Source of the DNA: an uncultured Acidobacteriota bacterium
Lineage (GTDB): Bacteria > Acidobacteriota > Thermoanaerobaculia > Gp7-AA8
DNA length: 64,000 nt
Direction: 5' to 3'
NCBI GenBank assembly: GCA_963822445.1
Contig: CAWGHO010000002.1
Location: forward strand, 992,001 to 1,056,000
Part shown: positions 28,601 through 37,426 of the stretch, piece by piece
Position numbering within the stretch: position 1 is the stretch's first letter
Layout: each line of letters starts with the position of its first letter
Made by a program: the position numbers and the translations under genes
The notes under the pieces: generated by a model
What the model saw: only the letters and a program-made list of their open reading frames with translations
Databases searched by the model: none
What the model was told of the DNA's origin: nothing

Positions 28601-29001
28601 GCGTTGCCGATACACAAAGACGCGTCGACCTCTTGCAGAAAGCGCTGCTCGAAACGCCGCAGGCCGATCCGTCACTCGCGGCGACACTTCTTTCGATCGA
28701 GGATCGGCTGAAGAATCTCAACGAACGTCTCAACGGCGACGCGATGGTCGGCCGCTACAACGAGCCGACATCGACGTCGATCGTCCAGCTCGTGGCGCAC
28801 GTCGTCGAAGGGCAGTGGAGCACGAGCGCGGTGCCGACGAAGACCCAGCGCGACAGCTACGCGCTTGCGGCCGAGACATTCGCGCCGGTGCTGGCGGAAT
28901 TGCGCACGCTCATCGAGACGGATCTGAAATCGGTGGAGGTGCAGATGGAGAAAGCGGGCGCGCCGTGGACGCCGGGGAGGCTTCCCGACTGGAAGGAGTG
29001 A
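25681..29001 (+). CDS. Secreted BNR/Asp-box (VPS10/sortilin-like) beta-propeller glycosyl-hydrolase-like protein
   Basis: GGAGG RBS + TTG, signal peptide, RSIGPA..SGRI, many S.DGG.TW Asp-boxes. Confidence 0.9.
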   Translation: MIRRLASTALALLLAAPLLFAAPENRDEKKDEKKKEERKPGAYDSQAFTGLAFRSIGPALTSGRIGDIAVDPRNPSTWYVAVASGGVWKTTNAGTTWMPIFDKQGSYSIGCVAIDPKDPLVIWVGTGENNSQRSVSYGDGVYKSVDGGATWKNVGLEKSEHIGQIVIDPRDSNVVYVASQGPLWNSGGDRGLYKTTDGGKNWKKILDISPETGVSEVVYNPRNPDVLYAVAYQRRRHVWTLINGGPESAIHKSIDGGATWAKAVSGFPDVHLGRIGLGISPADPDKLYAIVEAADGKGGFFASANGGAKWEKRSDYKSGSPQYYQEIFVDPKDADRIYSMDTWMMVSEDGGRTFKKVGERWKHVDNHALYIDPDDTKHMIAGCDGGVYETWDRGATWRFVPNLPLAQFYKLAVDNALPFYNVYGGTQDNNTVGGPSRTATENGIRNADWFVTVTGDGFQPRIDPEDPNVVYSQSQYGGLARFDRRTGEMVDIKPESAKGEPPLRFNWDSPLIISPHSRTRLYFAAQSIFRSDDRGDSWRAVSGDLTRQIDRNKLKVMGRVWSADAVAKNASTSFYGNIVSLSESPLTEGLLYAGTDDGLIQISEDSGARWTKIDKFTGIPTESYVSDIEASQHDAGTVYASFDNHQMGDFKPYLLRSRDRGKTWTSIAGDLPQRGTVYSIAEDHVDRNLLFAGTEFGVFFTSDGGAKWIQLKGGLPPIAVRDIAIQKRENDLVLGTFGRGFYILDDYTPLRRTTPETLQSEAMLYPLGRPVWVYNPALPLGLKGKSMQGDDYYVADNPPFGAVFTYYLKEPLQSRRKARLAAEVKLEKDGEDIQYPTWEALRQEQREPEPAIVLTVRDEEGNVVRRVTGPAEAGFHRVAWDLRYPTVTPTSLEPPKDDNPWDPPARGMMASGGTYTVSLAKLVDGKFVEVGQPQKFTTRSLGLVNVSDEDARASLDFERKTASLQRAVLGAVSSVADTQRRVDLLQKALLETPQADPSLAATLLSIEDRLKNLNERLNGDAMVGRYNEPTSTSIVQLVAHVVEGQWSTSAVPTKTQRDSYALAAETFAPVLAELRTLIETDLKSVEVQMEKAGAPWTPGRLPDWKE

Positions 29002-29088
29002 GGGTCCGCTTCTGTCCCGTCCGGCGTATGTCCGCGCCGGCTTCGGCACCGCATTCGTGTCTGGCGCAGAGTATGAAGGCCCGATTGC

Positions 29089-32000
29089 ATGTTTCGCGCT
29101 GGATTCGAACCGTCTCGGTGCTCGTCAGGGCGGTTCGCACGTATTGCGGAAGCGGTAGTCGTCGCGATTTTCGCCCTCGCTATCGGCCTGGTGGTTTCGC
29201 TCGACGCAGAAGCAGCATGCGAGGCGGGCAGCACGACACCGAGCGTCTCGATTGGTTATTCGGGTCCGGATGCGAATGGACTCGGTACAGTCTCCATCTC
29301 GTACAACTTTCCGAATACCTCGAGCGGTAGCCAGCGAAGGCTCTGGTTTCAGGTCAACGGCGTCAACAAGAAGACGTTGTTTTACCCCAGTCAACCGCAA
29401 GGGGTGTGGACGTTCTCATACGACACTACCTGTTGGCTTCCGGGAACGTACCGCTTTACGGCGTGGGCGGAGGCGTGCGGTCGATGGGAGGATGGCTTCA
29501 TCGCATCCGCCGATCACGACGTCGTCGTGCAAAGCTCCAAGCCGAGCGTGAGTCTGTCCTACACCGACAGCGCTCCCGATCAGCTCGGAAAGATCGCCGT
29601 CAGGATCGATTACAACTTTCCGCGGACGGCCTCATCGACGCAGCGGAGAATCTGGTTTCAGGTCGACACGGTCAACAAGCTCACGAACTTCTACCCGGCC
29701 CAACAGCAGGGGACATGGAGTTTTGATTATGATCTTTCCTGTCTTACGCCTGGCTCTCATTTATTGACTGCATGGGTGGAAGCCTGCGGAAAGTGGGAGA
29801 CCGATTTCATCGAGAAGTCGGAGCAATCGGTCGAAGTAACGCAACCTTCCGTAACCTTGCTGTCCACCGATCCCGATCCTCTCGGCAAGATCGACGTGTC
29901 GATCGCCTACGACTTTCCGAACACATCGAGCCACATGCAGCGGAGAATCTGGTTTCAGGTCGATCAGGTAAACAAACTCACGAACTTCTATCCCACCACT
30001 CCGGCCGGAACGTGGAATTTCCAGTATGACCTCTCCTGCCTTCCGCCCGGCCCGCACGAGCTCACCGCCTGGGTGGAATCGTGCGGGAAATGGGAAACGG
30101 GATACATTGACTCGGCCGAGCAGAACGTTCAGATCGGCGCCCCGGAAGCGAATGTCAATCTAAGTCAGGCAACTGATGGGTCGTGGGACGCCATCGTCAA
30201 CTATGACTTTCCCCAGACCTCGTCCTTCTCGCAAAGGTACCTCCGGCTCGAATGGCTTCCCGCCGGGACGCTCATCGCGGAGCTGCGCCCGACCGATGTG
30301 TCCGGTCAGTGGGTCGTCGATCTCCCTGGCTGCGTAGTCGGCAGTCAGGAGGCGGTGCGGATTACAGCGACTTCCTGCAGTTCGGCAAGCGATGTCGATG
30401 AAGCTCCTGCTTTCCTACCGGATTGCGAGGTCGCCTGCTCGGTCGAATGTCCCGACTGTGTCGGCCAACCCGTACGCATCACCAGCGGCAACATGCGTCT
30501 CTCCGATGCCGAGCCACTGCCGGCGGGTGATCTCGGCGCGCTCAGTCGCACTTATGACAGTAAGGGGACCGCGGGTGTGTTCGGAAAGGGCTGGATGTCC
30601 CTATTCGACGCTCGGGCCACCATCCGTGGAGGGATCGACGGCAGGGAGACCGTATTCATCGTTACCGAAAGTGGCGATCGATACTTCTTCGTTCGTACCG
30701 GGAGTATCTACCGGCAGAAGTATCCAGCGGGCGAGAGACGCCCCACGATCCTCACTTACGATGCCACTCGCAATGCGTTCGTTCATCGCGGCGGCTCGAG
30801 CTCGCTAGTGCGAGTGTTCCGCGGATCCGATGGTCGCCTGTCTGCGATGCGACGCGTGTCGAATCCCGACGAAACGACGATCACCTACGACGCAAACGGC
30901 CGGCCTACAGGAATCCAGGACGGCCAGGGCGGCTGGGCATGGAGCATCACCACCAATACCGCGGGAAGGATCGAGACCGTGGCGGTTGCATCCCTTCCTC
31001 AATTGGTCTGGACCTATTCGTACGACGGCGATGGAAAAATGCAGTCGGTTTCGAATGCGAACGGTCTGTGGCGAACGTACACGTATGGTCCTTCCGGCAT
31101 CGAGGAGGCGCGCGATGGCGCCGGCCGCTTGCTGGAGGGACATCAGTACGATGGCACCGGCAAAGCCACGACCTCGACGGGTGCCTCGGATGACATCACC
31201 GAGATCGCATATGACCTGCCCGGTCGGATCACCGGCGAGAAGCTCACGCGCGTCACGGCGTCGAGCGGGCGAATCACGAACTACTACAGCCGTTACATCG
31301 CCGGGAAGATGCGAACGGTGGAAGTGGACGGAACCTGTGACTGTGGGGCCGAGGATGTGGTGTTCGGCTACGACGACGAAGGCCGCATCGTGCGCGAGCA
31401 GAATGCACGGGGTTTCATTACGACGCGCATTTTCGATGAGGGAAGGGTAATCGAGGAAATCACCTCACTGCGGCCGACAGCGTGCGTTCCGGAAACCGAT
31501 CCCGATCATTGCCGTCTGTCCCCGGACGACTTGAAGACGGTTTGGTTGACTTCTACAGGCGCGACCACGTCGACGTCGTTTGCTTATGGTGATTCCAACT
31601 GGGCGGATCGCGCAACTGCGATCTCTACCTCCAGTGTTCGCAATCCCGCGGAGCAACGACGACAGGAATACGTCTATGACGCCGCGACGGGTGAAGTGGT
31701 CGTCGATCGACTGATCGGGTGGACGGGCGAACCGTCCGTGCAGCAGATCCGAACCACGACCACGACGCTTTACGACGGAGCCGAAGCCGCAGCGTTCGAC
31801 CCGGGCGGGGCGTTCTCGGCCTGGGCCCTGCTGCCACAGCCGCGCGGCACGCGTAAATCGGTGAATGGATCGCGCACCGACGTCACCGACATCTCGACAT
31901 TCGTCCACTATCCTCATGACTCCGCGGTGCCCGCACTGCTCCGAGGAAAGCTTGCTGCTTCTCGTGATCCGCTCGGTCACATCACGCGATACGAGAGCTA

Positions 32001-34614
32001 CGACGTCTTCGGCGCGCCGACACGGATCGTCGACGCAAACGGTGTCGCCACCGAAATGACCTATGACGCCCTCGGGCGTCCGCTCACAACCACGGTGCGC
32101 GGTGTTCCGGGCTGTGACACTGTCGCCGATCCGCTGTGCACCCAGGACATCACGACGAGCCGCGCATACGAAGCGGGCAACGGCCCGCTCTCGCTGGAAG
32201 AACGCCCGGGCGGGGGCATCACCCTTTACGCGTACGACAACCGTGGGCGGATTCTCACGATCACCCGCGGCCCGGCCGTAACCGACCTTCGCGAGCGAAT
32301 GGAGTATCAATACGATCCCATTACGGGGCAAAAAACCCTCGAGCGCATTCTGGGTCATGAGGGCGGTGCGTGGGTCGAGACCCGGCGAGAGTCGAGCGAA
32401 TATGATGGGTCGGGACGTTTGATCCGCTCGGTGAACGCCGACGGCACATCGACTGGATTCAGCTACCAGGCTGGCGGCCTTCTCGCGTCGATCCGTGATG
32501 AAAACCACAGCTCACCGAACAACTTCCAAGAATACGACGCCGCCGGGCGACTAAGCCGCGTTCGCCAGATGCTCGGAAGCGGGGAGGTGGTGACGGCATA
32601 TGCGTATGACAGCCTCGGCAACCTCGTTTCCGTTACAGACCCGAACAGTAACGTCACTCTCTATCTGTACGATGACTTCGGTCAGATGCTCAGGCAGACC
32701 AGCCCAGTGACCGGCGTGACGAACTATCAGTACGACGCCGCCGGCAATCTCGTGGCCGTGACCGACGCAAACGAGGCCACAACGGCGCGGTCCTACGATG
32801 CGAGCAATCGGTTGATCGCAGCTGTGTCCTCGCGACCGGGCACGGCGACGGAGACCGTGACGTGGACGTATGGCGATGTTGCGGCCGGTCCGTTCGCGAA
32901 GAACCGGATGACGTCGATGACCGATCCGACAGGGTCGACGAGCTACACCTACGATCGACGTGGGCTGCTGGCGAGAGAAGCGAAGACGATCGGCCAGGCG
33001 ACGTACACGACATCCTTCACTCATGAGGCGAGTGGCAACCGCGCGACGATCACCTATCCGTCGGGCCGCCTGACCACCTACACGCATGATCACGCCGGCC
33101 GTCCCGTCTCATTGACGTCTGCCGGCGCAACGATCATTTCCTCGGCGAGCTATCTCCCCTTCGGACCGGCGACGCGGCTCGTTCTGGGCAACGGAACCAC
33201 GCAGACGTTCACACGGGATACACGGTATCTGCCGCTCCGGAACACTCTCAGTGGGACGGCGACTCTTGCTGATTACGATTACGGCCGCGACGCCATCGGC
33301 AACGTGACGCGCATCGACGACCTCCTCGACCCCGGATATGACCGCACCTTCGCGTACGACGGGCTCAACCGTCTCGTATCTGCGAACGGCGGAGCGAGCT
33401 TGTGGGGTGCGGGCTCATACTCCTACGACGGAATGGGGAATCAGCTCTCCCTCACACTCGGCACGACGCGCGCAGCGACCTTCACCATGGTCGGAACGAC
33501 TCCGAAGATCGCCGCGGCAACTGAGAACGGCACGGAACGGCTGGTTGGCTACGATGCAGCCGGAAATGAGACGACCGTAGGGGCGACGACCTACGCTCAT
33601 TCGGCACGGAACCAGTTACTTGCAGACGGGACAAGAACCTACGCGTACGACGGCCGCGGGATCCGGACCATCACATCGACCCCCAGCCAGCATCGGTACT
33701 CGCTCTACACGCCCGAACTGAACCTGCTCGCCGAAACGGAGACCACGGGCAGCGCCACCCCCTCGGTCATCTGGGAGTACCTCTGGTTCGCCGGCCAGCC
33801 AGCCGCGCAGATCGACAACACGACCGGCGCGATTGCCTGGTACTTCGTCGACCATCTGGGTACGCCAATCCTGCAAACGAACGGCGCGGGCCAGATCACC
33901 TGGCGTGTCGAATACGAGCCCTACGGCTCAATCTTCGCCTACCGCGCCGGCAACGGGGCGCACCAGCCGCTTCGGTTTCCAGGGCAGGAGCAGGAGGGCG
34001 TTGACGACAGCTACAATATCTTTAGATGGTATCGATCCGGGTGGGGACGGTATACCCAGGCGGATCCGATCGGCATCACGGGGATAGGGTCCAGCGCCAC
34101 GAATCCCTACGTTTATGTCAGTGGACAGCCGACACGGCTGTTTGACTCACTGGGCCTCTTCGAGATGCATGACAGTTGTGATTCTTGCATCACGAGGTCT
34201 TCCGCTGGACCGAGCGGGCCGCACAGTCCTGGTCGCTCACCCTCGGCAAACCAGTACAGCTACATCTATTCGCGTGTGCAAAATGCTTGTCAGACCGTCG
34301 TGCCGAGAATCACGAACGTCTCGTTGCGTCGCTGTTTGGAGAGACAGTGTAGGGACGGCATTATTGAATGTCGGGATAGTTGCCCCAGGCGCCAAGTTGG
34401 TGGCACGGTCGACACGGTCGCCGCAAGGATCTTCCGACAGCGAGGTGCGCCAATCTGCATCAACAACTGGAGAGACCTGCGATATCACGACCCCGGCCGC
34501 GTTGCTATTCATGAATGGGCACACGGTTGCGGCTGGCTCCATGGGCAGCCGGGCGGTGTTCCTGGACGATCGGGCGATTTCCAAGATGAGGATGGCGTTC
34601 CGCCACGCCGGTGA
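29089..34614 (+). CDS. Rhs/YD-repeat polymorphic toxin: signal peptide, four Cys-paired repeats, DUF6531-like domain, Rhs core, metzincin-type tip
   Basis: YD repeats; core end DHLGTP..YEPYG..RFPGQ..YNIFRWY...GRYTQADPIG...DSLGL; tip HEWAHGCGWLH. Exact start uncertain. Confidence 0.93.
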   Translation: MFRAGFEPSRCSSGRFARIAEAVVVAIFALAIGLVVSLDAEAACEAGSTTPSVSIGYSGPDANGLGTVSISYNFPNTSSGSQRRLWFQVNGVNKKTLFYPSQPQGVWTFSYDTTCWLPGTYRFTAWAEACGRWEDGFIASADHDVVVQSSKPSVSLSYTDSAPDQLGKIAVRIDYNFPRTASSTQRRIWFQVDTVNKLTNFYPAQQQGTWSFDYDLSCLTPGSHLLTAWVEACGKWETDFIEKSEQSVEVTQPSVTLLSTDPDPLGKIDVSIAYDFPNTSSHMQRRIWFQVDQVNKLTNFYPTTPAGTWNFQYDLSCLPPGPHELTAWVESCGKWETGYIDSAEQNVQIGAPEANVNLSQATDGSWDAIVNYDFPQTSSFSQRYLRLEWLPAGTLIAELRPTDVSGQWVVDLPGCVVGSQEAVRITATSCSSASDVDEAPAFLPDCEVACSVECPDCVGQPVRITSGNMRLSDAEPLPAGDLGALSRTYDSKGTAGVFGKGWMSLFDARATIRGGIDGRETVFIVTESGDRYFFVRTGSIYRQKYPAGERRPTILTYDATRNAFVHRGGSSSLVRVFRGSDGRLSAMRRVSNPDETTITYDANGRPTGIQDGQGGWAWSITTNTAGRIETVAVASLPQLVWTYSYDGDGKMQSVSNANGLWRTYTYGPSGIEEARDGAGRLLEGHQYDGTGKATTSTGASDDITEIAYDLPGRITGEKLTRVTASSGRITNYYSRYIAGKMRTVEVDGTCDCGAEDVVFGYDDEGRIVREQNARGFITTRIFDEGRVIEEITSLRPTACVPETDPDHCRLSPDDLKTVWLTSTGATTSTSFAYGDSNWADRATAISTSSVRNPAEQRRQEYVYDAATGEVVVDRLIGWTGEPSVQQIRTTTTTLYDGAEAAAFDPGGAFSAWALLPQPRGTRKSVNGSRTDVTDISTFVHYPHDSAVPALLRGKLAASRDPLGHITRYESYDVFGAPTRIVDANGVATEMTYDALGRPLTTTVRGVPGCDTVADPLCTQDITTSRAYEAGNGPLSLEERPGGGITLYAYDNRGRILTITRGPAVTDLRERMEYQYDPITGQKTLERILGHEGGAWVETRRESSEYDGSGRLIRSVNADGTSTGFSYQAGGLLASIRDENHSSPNNFQEYDAAGRLSRVRQMLGSGEVVTAYAYDSLGNLVSVTDPNSNVTLYLYDDFGQMLRQTSPVTGVTNYQYDAAGNLVAVTDANEATTARSYDASNRLIAAVSSRPGTATETVTWTYGDVAAGPFAKNRMTSMTDPTGSTSYTYDRRGLLAREAKTIGQATYTTSFTHEASGNRATITYPSGRLTTYTHDHAGRPVSLTSAGATIISSASYLPFGPATRLVLGNGTTQTFTRDTRYLPLRNTLSGTATLADYDYGRDAIGNVTRIDDLLDPGYDRTFAYDGLNRLVSANGGASLWGAGSYSYDGMGNQLSLTLGTTRAATFTMVGTTPKIAAATENGTERLVGYDAAGNETTVGATTYAHSARNQLLADGTRTYAYDGRGIRTITSTPSQHRYSLYTPELNLLAETETTGSATPSVIWEYLWFAGQPAAQIDNTTGAIAWYFVDHLGTPILQTNGAGQITWRVEYEPYGSIFAYRAGNGAHQPLRFPGQEQEGVDDSYNIFRWYRSGWGRYTQADPIGITGIGSSATNPYVYVSGQPTRLFDSLGLFEMHDSCDSCITRSSAGPSGPHSPGRSPSANQYSYIYSRVQNACQTVVPRITNVSLRRCLERQCRDGIIECRDSCPRRQVGGTVDTVAARIFRQRGAPICINNWRDLRYHDPGRVAIHEWAHGCGWLHGQPGGVPGRSGDFQDEDGVPPRR
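32507..34067 (+). repeat. Direct repeat copy 1 of the Rhs core 3' half (about 1.56 kb)
   Basis: Starts ACAGCTCACCGAACAACTTCCAAG; near-identical to 35361-36925 with scattered substitutions. Confidence 0.92.
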
Positions 34615-34618
34615 GCAC

Positions 34619-34972
34619 ATGCGCCCTCGAACGCTTATCATATCCACTCTCTGTTGGTTGATCGTTGCGTTAATGGTTAAGGTTTCGATCGACGCCTATG
34701 TGGGAGACACTCGATTCCGGCACATAGCTACTAATGTGGTGCTCTTCCCGCTTCCTTTGATTACCGCTGCGATGACGCGCAGTGCTAACGCCGTGCTGCC
34801 TCCTGATGGATCCGAATCCGCCGCCGCTTCTCTGGCGCCGGCAGCTCTTAACGTTCTACTGATCCTATCGCTCGTTATATATGGCTGCGCTGTTGCGCTG
34901 GCGATCAAATCAGTGAACTGGGGGCTGCGGTCCGTAAAACGCATGAGAGCGCGAAGTACCGTACGGGATTAG
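34619..34972 (+). CDS. Putative membrane immunity protein for the Rhs metallopeptidase tip
   Basis: ATG 4 nt after the toxin stop; 117 aa with 2-3 hydrophobic helices; more AT-rich than flanking core genes. Confidence 0.7.
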   Translation: MRPRTLIISTLCWLIVALMVKVSIDAYVGDTRFRHIATNVVLFPLPLITAAMTRSANAVLPPDGSESAAASLAPAALNVLLILSLVIYGCAVALAIKSVNWGLRSVKRMRARSTVRD

Positions 34973-34973
34973 T

Positions 34974-35307
34974 GATAACTACAACATGTTCAGGTGGTAC
35001 CGGCTGGGTGGGGGCGGTACACCCAGGCTGATCCGCTAGGAACGATCGGGAATGTAGCGCTCTTTGGCAGCGTCGGTTCGGCCGATGCTAGCCTGTACGC
35101 CTACGTTGCCGTACTTGGCGCGCCGCGCTTATCGTCGCCCATGCTATTGCCGAGCTGAGTACCCTTGCATTCAGCGAGTCGTTCGTGACCATAAGTTTTG
35201 AAAGCTGGGTTCGGGCGTGGTCCTTCGTGCTGCTAGCGTCTGCGCAGTGGTATTGGGTGGGTGGCCTCATCGCCTTTTGCTTAGCACGACGACGCGAAAC
35301 CGGATGA
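34974..35307 (+). pseudogene. Eroded Rhs-CT/immunity cassette
   Basis: DNYNMFRWYR / 1-nt deletion / AGWGRYTQADPLG...LYAYVA, joined to a startless hydrophobic ORF end (...WSFVLLASAQWYWVGGLIAFCLARRRETG-stop at 35307). Confidence 0.8.
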
Positions 35308-35310
35308 TGT

Positions 35311-35352
35311 GGATACAACATCTTTAGGTGGTATCGGGCCAGGTGGCGGCGG
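35311..35352 (+). pseudogene. Second Rhs core-end stub
   Basis: Encodes GYNIFRWYRARWRR, then is interrupted by the duplicated core at 35361. Confidence 0.72.
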
Positions 35353-35360
35353 TTAAGACA

Positions 35361-36925
35361 ACAGCTCACCGAACAACTTCCAAGAATACGACGCCGCCGG
35401 GCGACTAAGCCGTGTTCGTCAGGTGCTCGGAAGCGGCGAGGTCGTGACGGCATATGCGTATGACAGCCTCGGCAACCTCGTTTCCGTTACCGACCCGAAC
35501 AATAACGTCACGCTCTATCTGTACGATGACTTCGGTCAGATGCTCAGGCAGACCAGTCCGGTGACCGGCGTGACGAACTATCAGTACGACGCCACCGGAA
35601 ATCTCGTGGCCGTGACCGACGCAAACGAGGCCACAACGGCGCGGTCCTATGACGCGAGCAATCGAATGATCGCCGCTGTGTCCTCGCGATCGGGTGCGGC
35701 GACGGAGACCGTCACGTGGACGTACGGCGATGTTGCGGCCGCTCCGTTCGCGAAGAACCGGATGACGTCAATGACCGATCCGACAGGGTCGACGAGCTAC
35801 ACCTACGATCGACGCGGCCTGCTGGCTAGAGAAGCGAAGACAATCGGCCAGGCGACGTACACGACATCCTTCACTCATGACGCGAGTGGCAACCGCGCGA
35901 CGATCACCTATCCGTCGGGCCGGCTGGCCACCTACACGCATGATCACGCCGGCCGTCCCGTCTCATTGACGTCTGCCGGCGCAACGATCATTTCCTCGGC
36001 GAGCTATCTCCCCTTCGGACCAGCGACACGGCTCGTTCTGGGCAACGGAACCATCCAGACGTTTACCCGGGATACACGGTATCTGCCGCTCCGGAACACT
36101 CTCAGTGGGTCCACGGCTCTTGCTGACTACGATTACGGCCGCGACGACGCCGGAAACGTGACGCGCATCGACGACCTCCTCGACCCCGGATATGACCGCA
36201 CCTTCGCGTACGACGGGCTCAACCGTCTCGTGTCTGCGAACGGCGGAGCGAGCTTGTGGGGTGCGGGCTCATACTCCTACGACGGAATGGGGAATCAGCT
36301 CTCCCTCACACTCGGCACGACGCGCGCAGCGACCTTCACCATGGTCGGAACGACTCCGAAGATCGCCGCGGCAACTGAGAACGGCACGGAACGGCCGGTT
36401 GGCTACGATGCAGCCGGAAATGAGACGACCGTAGGAGCGACGACCTACGCTCATTCGGCACGGAACCATTTACTGGCAGACGGGACAAGAACCTACGCGT
36501 ACGACGGCCGCGGGATCCGCACCATCACATCGACCCCAAGCCAGCATCGCTACTCGCTCTACACTCCTGAACTGAACCTGCTCGCCGAAACGGAGACCAC
36601 GAGCAGCGCCACCCCCTCAGTCGCCTGGGAGTACCTCTGGTTCGCGGGTCAGCCGGCCGCGCAGATCGACAACACCACGGGCGCCATCTCCTGGTACTTC
36701 GTCGACCATCTGGGTACGCCAATCCTGCAAACGAACGGCGCGGGCCAGATCACCTGGCGTGCGGAGTACGAGCCCTACGGCTCAATCTTCGCCTACCGCG
36801 CCGGCAGCGCGACGCACCAGCCGCTTCGGTTTCCGGGGCAGGAGACGGAGGCGGGCGTTGACGACAGCTACAACATCTTCAGGTGGTACCGCTCCGGCTT
36901 CGGAAGGTACACGTCTCCGGACCCC
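35361..36925 (+). repeat. Direct repeat copy 2 of the Rhs core 3' half
   Basis: Offset 2854 nt from copy 1 at its start; homology ends around GRY..DP. Confidence 0.92.
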
Positions 36926-37426
36926 GTGACTCTCGGCATGTTGAGCGGTGGCACACCGCCGGGCGAGTACGGCATCTCGTTTTTCGGTCAACGGAGCCTG
37001 CGGAATTTCCGCATGCGCAACTCGCAGTGGGATCACGCCTACGGCTACGTTGCCGGCAATCCGTTGCGAGCTGTTGACCCGAAAGGTCTGTTCGGACCGG
37101 GTGACCTGGCTGGCGCCGGCGGCATCGTCTGCATGCTCGACTCACCGGTACCGGGGCCTGCTGACATCATCGGCGGAGCGATCATTCTGATCGCCGGAGC
37201 GTGGGCGCTCAGCGAGGGAATCGAGTGGGCCCGTGAGCGAGATCGGACGTGCCGCGAATGCGACGACACGCGCGAGAAGTGCAAGAAGCGATGTGACCGG
37301 ATTTATCAGGCCCTCGTGGATGACTGCTCACGTCGTTTCGCTAGTAACCCGAGAGGAGCAGCACTCTGCTATGCCGAAGCCGCTGAGGTCTACGCCGATT
37401 GCTTAAGAGACTGCGAGGGTCGCTGA
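35423..37426 (+). CDS. Orphan Rhs module with a different, Cys-rich C-terminal tip
   Basis: No signal peptide; in-frame TAA at 35354; GTG where the main gene has an internal ATG; DPKGL junction then a new 112-aa tip. Confidence 0.85.
   Translation: MLGSGEVVTAYAYDSLGNLVSVTDPNNNVTLYLYDDFGQMLRQTSPVTGVTNYQYDATGNLVAVTDANEATTARSYDASNRMIAAVSSRSGAATETVTWTYGDVAAAPFAKNRMTSMTDPTGSTSYTYDRRGLLAREAKTIGQATYTTSFTHDASGNRATITYPSGRLATYTHDHAGRPVSLTSAGATIISSASYLPFGPATRLVLGNGTIQTFTRDTRYLPLRNTLSGSTALADYDYGRDDAGNVTRIDDLLDPGYDRTFAYDGLNRLVSANGGASLWGAGSYSYDGMGNQLSLTLGTTRAATFTMVGTTPKIAAATENGTERPVGYDAAGNETTVGATTYAHSARNHLLADGTRTYAYDGRGIRTITSTPSQHRYSLYTPELNLLAETETTSSATPSVAWEYLWFAGQPAAQIDNTTGAISWYFVDHLGTPILQTNGAGQITWRAEYEPYGSIFAYRAGSATHQPLRFPGQETEAGVDDSYNIFRWYRSGFGRYTSPDPVTLGMLSGGTPPGEYGISFFGQRSLRNFRMRNSQWDHAYGYVAGNPLRAVDPKGLFGPGDLAGAGGIVCMLDSPVPGPADIIGGAIILIAGAWALSEGIEWARERDRTCRECDDTREKCKKRCDRIYQALVDDCSRRFASNPRGAALCYAEAAEVYADCLRDCEGR

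Noticed and set aside
34115-34618. Long upstream extension of the immunity ORF overlapping the toxin tip
   Set aside because: Alternate frame of the Rhs tip; the ATG at 34619 right after the toxin stop is the parsimonious start.
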